Shown here: in pieces, positions 8,727 through 16,971 of the stretch
Position numbering within the stretch: position 1 is the first letter of the stretch
Layout: each line of letters begins with the position of its first letter
Assembly (NCBI GenBank): GCA_963828605.1
Contig: CAWHER010000003.1
Span: 194,871 to 258,870, forward strand
Reading direction: 5' to 3'
DNA: 64,000 nt
Origin: an uncultured Actinomycetota bacterium
GTDB lineage: Bacteria; Actinomycetota; Actinomycetes; Mycobacteriales; QHCD01
Translations under genes and position numbers: made by a program
Notes under the pieces: generated by a model
What the model was told of the DNA's origin: nothing
What the model saw: only the letters and a program-made list of their open reading frames with translations
The model's database searches: none

Positions 8727-10014
8727 TCAGCTCCACAGGCGATCGTGACTCCGCTCATCGTCCCAGCGACCCGTGCTCTCGAAGAACACCGGATCGCCAG
8801 GATCAAGATGGTCGCGGAACATGTCCTCGTTGATGTCGGTGAACCCGAGGCCCGGCGCATCGGGCACGGTGATGTAGCCGTCCTCGATGAACGGATCGGG
8901 CAGACCGTCGACCAACTCGCTCCACCGCGGCACGTCCACGGCGTGGTGCTCCAGCGCGAGGAAGTTCTGCGTCGCCGCCGCGGAGTGCACGCTGGCGAGC
9001 GTCGCGATCGGCGTCGCCGCCATGTGCAGCGCCATCGCGTATCGCCGTGCTCCTCGGCGAGGTCGCCGATCCTCTTGGTCTCCAGCATGCCGCCGGCCGT
9101 CGCCGGGTCGGGATGGATGACGCGCACCGCGCCGTTCTCGAGCAGCGGCCGGAAGTTCTCCGCGAGGTAGATGTCTTCGCCGGTGCAGGTCGGGGTGGCG
9201 ATCGCTGTCGGTCAACTGCCGCCACTGGTCGGTGAACTGCCACGGGATCATGTCTTCGACCCAGGCAGCGTGAACGGCTCGAGCGCGCGGCCGAGCCGGA
9301 TGCAGGAGTCCAGGCCGATGTGGCCGAAGTGGTCGGCGGCGAGCGGAACGTCGTAGCCCGACGATCGACCGGACGGCCGCCACGTAGTCGGCGAGATAGC
9401 TCGACACCCTTGGGCGGTCACCTGGATCCCGGTGAAGCATGTGCATCGTGGTCCGGCTCGTCCGGCGCGCCTCCGGCGGTGCGATCAGCGCGCCCGGGAC
9501 GTCCCAGCAGCAGGTCGATGCCGACGTCCATCTTCAGGAACTGGTAGCCCTCCTTCCGGCGGCCCAGCAGGCGCCGCCCGAGCTCGTCCGCGATCGCGAG
9601 GACGACGGGCGTGTCGGCGTAGCAGAGGATTCGTGTCGCGGAACTTGCCGCCGGCCAGGGCGTACGCCGGGCACGCCGTACGCCTTGCCGGCGAGGTCCA
9701 TCAGCGCCATCTCGACCCCGCAGACGCCGCCGGCCTGCCGCCCGTGATGGCCGAACTGCTTGATCTTGCGGAAGATCTTGTCGACGTTGCAGGGGTTCTC
9801 GCCGACGCAGCCGGCTCTTCAGCATGAGCGCGTAGGTCTTGCTGGCCCCGTCGCGCACCTCGCCGTAGCCGCAGATCCCCTGGTTGGTGTCGATCCGGAC
9901 GATGCTCGAGCGGAACGGTACGCCGACGAGGTTGGCGACCCGCAGATCGGTGATCCGCAGATCCCGGGATCGCGAACTCGTGCTGACCTGGTCCTCGACG
10001 TTGTTCGCCGACAC
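8727..10014 (-). pseudogene. enolase-superfamily dehydratase, D-mannonate dehydratase (ManD) subgroup-like, frameshifted
   Basis: GTG 10012-10014 follows GAGGAGAG (LRITDLRVANLVGVPFRSSIVRIDTNQGICGYGEVRDGASKTYALML). The C-terminus is HHAVDVPRWSELVDGLPDPFIEDGYITVPDAPGLGFTDINEDMF...STGRWDDERSHDRLWS*. Pieces lie in at least three frames. Confidence 0.7.
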
Positions 10015-10054
10015 GGACTCTCCTCGCGGTTGCTCTGATCGGCGTCGGTTCCCG

Positions 10055-10945
10055 CTAGCCGGTGGGATGCTGTTGCGACCGCCACCGCTGGAAGTCGTCC
10101 TCGATCTCGGTGGCCCACGTCGGTACGTCGATCTCCGCACTGGTGTAGACCCGCTCGGACAACCGCATCTTGCCGAAGATGTCCCGGGTGCGGACGTCCG
10201 CACTGCTGCTCACCACGTCCTGGGCGAGATGCGGCGGGATGAAGGTCAGTCCGCTCGGCGTCCCGAGTACGACGTCGCCGGGCAACACCGTGGCGTTGCC
10301 GATCCGGATCGGGATGTTGATCCCGGCGAGGGTCACATCGCGGATCGGCGTGGGGTCGACTCCCCGGAAGAAGATGTTCCCGTCGCGCAACTCGGTCAGG
10401 CCCTGGTAGTCGCGGATGCCGCCGTCGATCACTGCGCCGGCACCAGTCCGGGAGATGACCGCCGTACCGAGGTTGTCCCCGACGACGGTGCCTTCGTAGA
10501 TCTTGCCGAAGATGTCGACGACCATGACGTCACCGGGCCGCAGCCGCTCGATGATCCAGGAGTTCTGCCGGTCGGCCTCGACATGGTTTTCCCGCGCACC
10601 GGCGGCCACCACGGCGGCGTCGAGGTCGGGGCGGTGCGGGACGAACTGCGCCGTCACCGCCCGGCCGACGAGGATGTGGCCGGGATTGGTCTCCCGCCAC
10701 TCGCCGGCGAACTGCCGCTCGAAACGCTCCTTGAGCAGCACACTCCACGCCTGCTCGGTCGTGACCGAGCGCATCTCCTCGAGGACCTCATCGGGGACGC
10801 GGGGCCGACCGTCCGGGTCGCGGGCGCCCTTCCACGACGCGGTCAGCTCCGCCAGGTCGCCGCGGGTGGGCGAGATCCTCAGGTTCGACTCTGTCGGGTT
10901 CGACGCCACGACCGATCTCCGCCCTTCGTCCGATGCTCCGATCAA
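10055..10945 (-). CDS. RraA family protein (putative oxaloacetate decarboxylase / HMG aldolase-like)
   Basis: Intact 296-aa ORF with RraA-like core motifs (GDVMVVDIFG..., GDNLGTAVISRTGAGAVIDGGIRD). The listed start is TTG; GTG at 10909 with an upstream AGGGCGGAG is an alternative. It sits first in a co-directional cluster with the ManD-like, UxuA and epimerase genes. Confidence 0.7.
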   Translation of the reverse strand: MIGASDEGRRSVVASNPTESNLRISPTRGDLAELTASWKGARDPDGRPRVPDEVLEEMRSVTTEQAWSVLLKERFERQFAGEWRETNPGHILVGRAVTAQFVPHRPDLDAAVVAAGARENHVEADRQNSWIIERLRPGDVMVVDIFGKIYEGTVVGDNLGTAVISRTGAGAVIDGGIRDYQGLTELRDGNIFFRGVDPTPIRDVTLAGINIPIRIGNATVLPGDVVLGTPSGLTFIPPHLAQDVVSSSADVRTRDIFGKMRLSERVYTSAEIDVPTWATEIEDDFQRWRSQQHPTG

Positions 10946-11028
10946 AACCTAGGGCTCACGCGCGTAGCCGGTCAATGCCGGCGACGGCCGCCCGCGGTCG
11001 GCCCGCGCCGAGCGGGAAGACTGCGGAC

Positions 11029-11484
11029 ATGGACTCACCACCCAGCGACCGCCCTTACCCGGAACTCGCCGGCGGCGAGGCCCGGGTGTTCACCGACTTC
11101 GGCACGGGGCACCTGCCCGGCCTGCTCGGCGTCGAGGTTCTCTCGGTGGACCCGGACCGGATCACCGGACGGCTCGTCGTGCGGCCGGACCTGCTGGCGC
11201 CCAACGGGTTCCTGCACGCGGGCACGGTGGTCAGCCTCGCCGATTCGCTGTGCGGGTACGGCGCGATCGTCAATCTGCCCGACGGCGCGACCGGGTTCAC
11301 CACGATCGAGTTGACCAGCAACTTCCTCGGGACTCTGCGGGACGGCGCGCTGCTCGGTACGGCGACCCCGGTCCACGTCGGCCGGAGCACCCAGGTCTGG
11401 GACGCGACGGTCCGCGACGAGAAGTCCGAGCGCCGGCTCGCGGTCTTCCGGTGCACCCAGATGGTGCTCTGGCCGCGGTCTTGA
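11029..11484 (+). CDS. PaaI family (hotdog-fold) thioesterase
   Basis: ATG 11029. Motifs LLAPNGFLHAGTVVSLADSLCGYGA and ATPVHVGRSTQVWDATV are typical of PaaI/YdiI thioesterases. Confidence 0.8.
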   Translation: MDSPPSDRPYPELAGGEARVFTDFGTGHLPGLLGVEVLSVDPDRITGRLVVRPDLLAPNGFLHAGTVVSLADSLCGYGAIVNLPDGATGFTTIELTSNFLGTLRDGALLGTATPVHVGRSTQVWDATVRDEKSERRLAVFRCTQMVLWPRS

Positions 11485-11519
11485 GGCGCGGCCGCGCCCC
11501 GAGGAGCGCGCCGCCGCCG

Positions 11520-12953
11520 TCAGGACGCCTTGCTCACCGTCGACATGTTGAAGTCGCCGATGCGCAGCGCCGGCATCGCCGTCCGGGTGAAGTAGTCGTT
11601 CCACTCCCGGCACAGGGTGATCGCCCGAGCTGCCGACCTCGCCGATACGCGCCGAGCAGGTCGACCGGGCTCTCGTTGAAGCGGAAGTTGTTGACCGCGC
11701 CGGTGACCTCGCCGTCCTCGACGAGGTAGACGCCGTCGCGGGTCAGGCCGGTGAGCAGCAGGGTCTGCGGGTCGACCTCGCGGATGTACCACAGGCAGGT
11801 CAGCAGCAGCCCGCGCTCGGTCGCCGGCGACCAGGTCCTCGAGCGGACCGACCGCCGTCCGGGCCGTCGAGGACGAGGTTGTCGACAGCCGGCGTGGCGT
11901 CGCCGCCCGTGCGCGCGGCCCACGACCGGGTGCCGCAGCAGAGAGGTCGAGACGCCGTCGCGGATCCAGTCGGTGCGGCCCGAGCGGCAGCCCGTTGTCG
12001 AAGACCGAGCTCGGCGGCGTTGGACGACGTCGCGGCCACGAACGGCGCGCACTCCAGGCCCGGCGTCGGCCGGGTCGCTGCGCAGGGTCACCGGGAGGTC
12101 GGACAGCCGCTCGCCGATCCGGGTGCCGCCGCCGGGCTTGGAGAAGACCGTGCGGCCCTCGTCGGCGTCCCGCGCCGCCGGCCGACCAGTAGGCGTAGAT
12201 CATCAGGTCGGCGACGGCGGCGGGCGGCAGGAGCGTCTCGTAGCGGCCCGGCGGGCAGGTCGATGCGGCGCTGCGCCCAGCCGAGCCGGCGGGCGAGCTC
12301 GGCATCGAGAGCCGGGACGTCGACGTCGGTGAAGTCGCGGGTCGCCTGCCCGACCCAGGCGCGAGCGGGTGAGGTCCGGCGGACTTGCCGTTGAGCTCGA
12401 GCTGGCCGGTCGGCTGGACGTGCCGCAGCCGCAGCCCGGTCGACGAGCCGAGGTAGATCGTGGTCGACCTAGTGCTCGGCGAAGCCGAAGAGCAGCCGCC
12501 CGCCGGACCGCGGCCCGGCCGAAGGCCTCGCCGAGCGCCGGGGCGAAGTCGGCGAAGACCTGGACCGAGGTCTCGTCCGGCGGCGTCGTCCCAGTCCGGC
12601 GCGCTGCGCCGGCCGGCTCGACCACGGCGTCGCGTCGTCGGCCGGACCGGCGTCGCGGGCCGCGCGCTCGGAGGCGCGCACCAGCGTCGCTCGACAGGTC
12701 GGCCGTCACCGCGCTGCGCTCGACCGACGCCCGCGGCGGCGCCGGCGGTCCCGTCGACGACGCTGATCACCGTCGATGCTGCGGGACCGCATCTCGCCGT
12801 TGGTGGTGAGGGTGTTGTTGGCCCACCGCAGGTTGGCCTCGGTGCGTTCGCCGCGACGATGCACGACGCAGCTCGTCGCCGCGCGTCGAGGTCGCGGCCA
12901 GCGGCGCGCTCGACGATGCTCCTGGTGGAGCTCGGCGGCGCAGCCCGGCTCAT
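11520..12953 (-). pseudogene. TldD/PmbA family metallopeptidase (PmbA/TldE-like partner), frameshifted
   Basis: ATG 12951-12953 overlaps the TldD stop (ATGA). Recognisable peptides are [77 protein letters not shown], and the C-terminus REWNDYFTRTAMPALRIGDFNMSTVSKAS*. The pieces are scattered over all three frames. Confidence 0.7.
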
Positions 12954-14470
12954 CGGCCGCCCTCCGCGACGGTGTTGAGGATGTTGACGCCGCGGAACAG
13001 CGCGGCGGGCAGCCGTGGCTGACCGCGGCGACCTGGCCGGGCTGGGCCTTGCCGCAGTTGAACGCGCCGCCGAGCACGTAGGTCTGCGGGCCGCCGACCG
13101 CCTCCATCGAGCCCCAGAAGTCGGTCGTCGTGGCCTGGTAGGCGACGTCGCGCAGCTGGCCGGCCAGCTCGCCGTTCTCGATGCGGTAGAACCGCTGGCC
13201 GGTGAACTGGAAGTTGTAGCGCTGCATGTCGATCGACCACGACTTGTCGCCGACGACGTAGATGCCCGCGCTCGACCCGGCCGATCAGCTCGTCGGTGGT
13301 CGGGCCGTCGGGGGCCGGCTGCAGGGACACGTTGGCCATCCGCTGGACCGGGATGTGGCCCGGGGAGTCGGCGAAGGCGCAGCCGTTGGAGCGGCCGAGT
13401 CCCTTCGAGCTTCGCCATCCGGCCGGTCGAGCTGGTAGCCGACCAGGATGCCGTCCCGGACGAGGTCCCAGCTCTGCGCCGGCGACGCCCTCGTCGTCGT
13501 AGCCGATCGGTGGCGAGGCCGTGCTCGGCGGTGCGGTCGCCGGTGACGTTCATGACGGCGGAGCCGTACGGCAGGGTGCCGAGCTTGTCGTAGGTCGCGA
13601 ACGACGTGCCGGCGTAGGCGGCCTCGTAGCCGAGCGCGCGGTCGAGCTCGGTGGCGTGGCCGATCGACTCGTGGATGGTCAGCCAGAGGTTGGACGGGTC
13701 GATCGACCAGGTCGTAGCGTGCCGGCCTCGACCGACGGCGCCTTGGTGCTTCTCGGCCAGCAGCTCGGGGATCTCGGCGCAGCTCGGCGTCCCAGTCCCA
13801 GCCGGTGCCGGTGAGGTACTCCCAGCCGCGGCCGACCGGCGGCGCGAGCGTGCGCATCGTCTCGAACGTGCCGTGCGCCGCGTCGACGGCCACCGCGGTC
13901 AGCGCCGGGTGCAGCCGGATCCGCTGCTGGGTGGTGACCGTGCCGGCGAGGTCGGCGTAGAACTTGTTCTCCAGCACCTGCGACGAGCCGCGCGTCGACG
14001 TGGTCGACCGCCGTCGGCGGCCAGCAGCCGCTCGGACCAGTCGGCGAGCACGGCCGATCTTCTCGGCGTCGGGCACGGCGAACGGGTCGACGTCGTACGC
14101 CGAGACCCAGCTGACGTCGTCGTAGACCGGCTCGTCGGCCAGCTCGACCGGCTCGGAGTTGACAGCGGCGCTGACCCGGGCCACGTCGACGGCCTGCTCG
14201 GCGACGCGGACGGCCGCCTCGGCGGTGAGGTCGACGCCGGAGGCGAATCCCCAGGTGCCCGTCGTGCACCACCCGGACGGCGAACCCGACCTCCTCGCCG
14301 TCGCGCGGCGCTCTCCAGCACGCCGTCGCGCAGCGCAGATGTCCTGGTTGCGGATCCGCTCGAGGCGGAAGTCCGCATGCTGGACGCCGAGCTCGACGGG
14401 CCCGCTCCAGGGCGGCGTCGGCGAGGCGACGCATCGGCAGCGCGAGGAACGCCGGGTCGATCTGGGACAC
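12950..14470 (-). pseudogene. tldD: TldD family metallopeptidase, frameshifted
   Basis: GTG 14468-14470 follows AAGGAGG (VSQIDPAFLALPMRRLADAALERA). Recognisable peptides are ELGVQHADFRLERIRNQDI, TWGFASGVDLTAEAAVRVAEQAVDVARVSAAVN, and the C-terminus QRYNFQFTGQRFYRIENGELAGQLRDVAYQATTTDFWGSMEAVGGPQTYVLGGAFNCGKAQPGQVAAVSHGCP...ALFRGVNILNTVAEGGR*. Many frame changes. Confidence 0.7.
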
Positions 14471-14654
14471 GGGTGCCCTCCTTGACGCGAGCGGAGCGGA
14501 TGGCCCGACCCTACCCGGACCCGCTGACGGCGATCGACGGATTTGGCGGCCGACGCCCGGGGTCGGATTCGGTCCACTCCGGTCGCTCCGCGCGGGCATA
14601 CGATGACCGCGGCCCGCCACGTCTACCGCGTCGTGCGGATCGGAGGGGCACGCT

Positions 14655-15017
14655 GTGGCCGACGAACCGAGCGACGCGGTATCGGAGAGCCCGAGCCGGG
14701 CGCGCGACCTGATGGCCAACGAGCGCACCTACCTGGCCTGGCTGCGCACCGCGGTGAACGTCATGGTCCTCGGGTTGGCGATCGCGCGGTTCGGCAGCAA
14801 GGACCAGGCGGCGTCGCTCGCCGCCGGCGGGATCGTCGTCGTGGTCGGCGCCGCCGGCCTGGCCTACGGCACCGTCCGCTACCGGAAGGTCAACGCCCAG
14901 ATCGAGGCCGGGCGCTACCTGACCGGCCGCAGCGGCACGGTCGCACTGGTGGCGTCCGGCGTCCTGGTCCTCGCCACCGTCGCCGCCCTCCTGCTGCTGG
15001 TCACCGCGGGGAATTGA
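14655..15017 (+). CDS. DUF202 (YidH-like) membrane protein
   Basis: GTG 14655 follows GGAGGGG. The ANERTYLAWLRTAVNVMVLGLAIARFG motif and three TM helices fit the family. Confidence 0.75.
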   Translation: MADEPSDAVSESPSRARDLMANERTYLAWLRTAVNVMVLGLAIARFGSKDQAASLAAGGIVVVVGAAGLAYGTVRYRKVNAQIEAGRYLTGRSGTVALVASGVLVLATVAALLLLVTAGN

Positions 15018-15322
15018 GCAGGCCTATCCAGTCAGACCGCTGATCGCGTCACCGATCAGTCACGCCGAGGACGACCTTCACCCAGCTGACCCCGATTCCC
15101 GCGGATCGAGAGCTGCCCGCACCGGCCGGACCTGTCGGCGCGAGTTACCGGGTCAGATACGCACTGGTCGAGCGACCGGGCCTCACCCCGATGGGGTGAC
15201 GAGCCATCCCTGACCGGCGGGCAGTTCTCAGCAAGGTTCTGGCCGGCTATCAGGGATTCCACAGGATCGCGGTCTCTACTGACGGTAAGGCTGTGCGGCA
15301 GACGAAAGGGTCGTGAGGCGCG

Positions 15323-16762
15323 ATGAGCGACGCTGGTAGGCGCGAGGGCTCACCTGAGGAGTGGACCGGGTCCGACATCGGAGCATGGGCGGTGCCGCCC
15401 GGACGGGCCGGTGCTGACTGGGTGCCCGCCGCCGGACCCTACTGGGCGCCGGTCGGCCCGCCGGCGCGGCGAGGCCACCACCTGCGGGGTCCGGTCGCGC
15501 TCGGTGCGGCCGCGCTGATCGCGGTCGGCGCAGCCGGCGGCGCCGGGCTGGGTCACCTGATCTGGCAGAGCCCCGGGACGGCCACCCGGGATCTCGGTGT
15601 GTCCGCCGGCGCGGCCCCGGGTGGGTCGACCGGCGGCGGCTCGCTGGGCGGCACCGGGCAGAACGGAACCGGCGGCGGCTCGCTGGGCGGCACCGGGCAG
15701 AACGGAACCGGCGGCGCGACGGGCGGTACCGGGCAGAACGGGACCGGCGGCACCGGGCAGAACGGGACCGGCGGCCAGGGAAGCGGCGGCCAGGGAAGCG
15801 GCGGGCCGTCGGACGTCGCGTCCATCGCGGCCAAGGTCTCTCCGGCACTGGTCGACATCAACACCGACCTGGGCTACCAGGGCGGGCAGGCCGCCGGCAC
15901 CGGCATCGTGCTGACCTCCACCGGCGAGATCCTCACCAACAACCATGTGATTGCCGGGGCCACCCGGATCAGCGCCACGGATGTGGGCAACGGCACGACG
16001 TACACCGCGACGGTCACCGGATACAACAAGTCGCACGACATCGCCGTACTGCAGCTGCAGAACGCCCACGGACTGACGACCGCGAAGATCGGCGACTCGT
16101 CGAAGGTCTCGGTCGGCGATGCGGTAGTCGCGGTCGGCAACGCCGGCGGTACCGGCGGGACGCCGAGCAGTGCGGGCGGCTCGGTCATCGCCCTGCACCA
16201 GGCGATCACCGCGAGCGATGAGAACGGCGCCGCCAGCGAACAGCTGACCGACGTGCTGGCGATCGACGCCGACGTCGAGCCGGGCGACTCCGGGGGTTCG
16301 CTGGTCAATACCGCCGGAGAGGTGATCGGGGTGGACACCGCGGCGTCGTCGAGCCTGACGGCCCGGTCGAGTGCGAGTGCGCAGGCCTTCGCCATCCCGA
16401 TCGCCGAGGCGACGTCGATCGCGGCGCAGATCGAGTCCGGCCAGGCATCGTCGTCCGTCCACATCGGCGCCACGGCGTTCCTCGGCGTGACGACCTCCTC
16501 GACGTCCGACGGCCGCTATGGGTCGGCCGTCCCGGGCGCGCAGATCAGCGATGTCCTCGACGGCGGCGCCGCGGCGCGGGCCGGTCTCTCGGCCGGTGAC
16601 GTCATCACCTCGCTGGGCGGCCGCACGGTCGACTCCGCCGAGGCCCTGAGCGCCATGATCGCGACGTACCACCCGGGAGACCGGGTGTCCCTGGCCTGGA
16701 CCGCTGCCTCGGGTCAGTCCCAGACCGCGACGGTCACCCTCGGCAGCGGCCCGGCGGCCTGA
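15323..16762 (+). CDS. HtrA-like S1C serine protease with C-terminal PDZ domain
   Basis: Order of parts: N-terminal cytoplasmic segment, TM helix (GAAALIAVGAAGGAGLG), Gly-rich linker, catalytic triad contexts TNNHVI / HDIAVL / GDSGGS, then a PDZ domain (AARAGLSAGDVITSLGG). Confidence 0.85.
   Translation: MSDAGRREGSPEEWTGSDIGAWAVPPGRAGADWVPAAGPYWAPVGPPARRGHHLRGPVALGAAALIAVGAAGGAGLGHLIWQSPGTATRDLGVSAGAAPGGSTGGGSLGGTGQNGTGGGSLGGTGQNGTGGATGGTGQNGTGGTGQNGTGGQGSGGQGSGGPSDVASIAAKVSPALVDINTDLGYQGGQAAGTGIVLTSTGEILTNNHVIAGATRISATDVGNGTTYTATVTGYNKSHDIAVLQLQNAHGLTTAKIGDSSKVSVGDAVVAVGNAGGTGGTPSSAGGSVIALHQAITASDENGAASEQLTDVLAIDADVEPGDSGGSLVNTAGEVIGVDTAASSSLTARSSASAQAFAIPIAEATSIAAQIESGQASSSVHIGATAFLGVTTSSTSDGRYGSAVPGAQISDVLDGGAAARAGLSAGDVITSLGGRTVDSAEALSAMIATYHPGDRVSLAWTAASGQSQTATVTLGSGPAA
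15632..15799 (+). repeat. in-frame Gly-rich tandem repeats inside the protease linker
   Basis: A perfect 39-bp duplication (15632-15670 and 15671-15709, GGGSLGGTGQNGT) is followed by 36-bp and 24-bp derivatives (15710-15769). Two identical 15-bp units follow (15770-15784 and 15785-15799, GGQGS). Confidence 0.9.
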
Positions 16763-16805
16763 CGCCCGATCCGTCCCCACCCCCCAGCCCTCCCCCCCTA
16801 CCGCC

Positions 16806-16863
16806 CCATGATCGTGATCGGAAAAAGCCGCGAAACGCCGTGCCGATCCGATCACGATCATGG
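16806..16863 (+). repeat. 58-bp palindromic intergenic element, copy 1
   Basis: CCATGATCGTGATCGG-aaaaAGCCGCGAAACGCCGTgccgat-CCGATCACGATCATGG. It starts 43 nt after the protease stop codon. Confidence 0.9.
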
Positions 16864-16971
16864 GGGTGTCTGCCCGACTGCCTCCCCTGGTGAGCCACGC
16901 CGGTGCCGGACCCGACATCATCAGGACGGTCCGGATCCACCCCGCCGGCCCGGCACGGAGGCAGGTAAGCG

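Noticed and set aside
11485-11498. Perfect 14-bp palindrome GGCGCGGCCGCGCC between the convergent PaaI and PmbA-like genes, as a possible terminator.
   Set aside because: As a hairpin it gives only a 5-bp stem with a 4-nt loop and no T-tract, which is too weak to call.
15632-15799. Possible CRISPR-like arrays (this Gly-rich repeat and the 17-bp repeat at 1475-1558).
   Set aside because: The units are directly adjacent with no unique spacers. One array is in-frame coding sequence. No cas genes are present.
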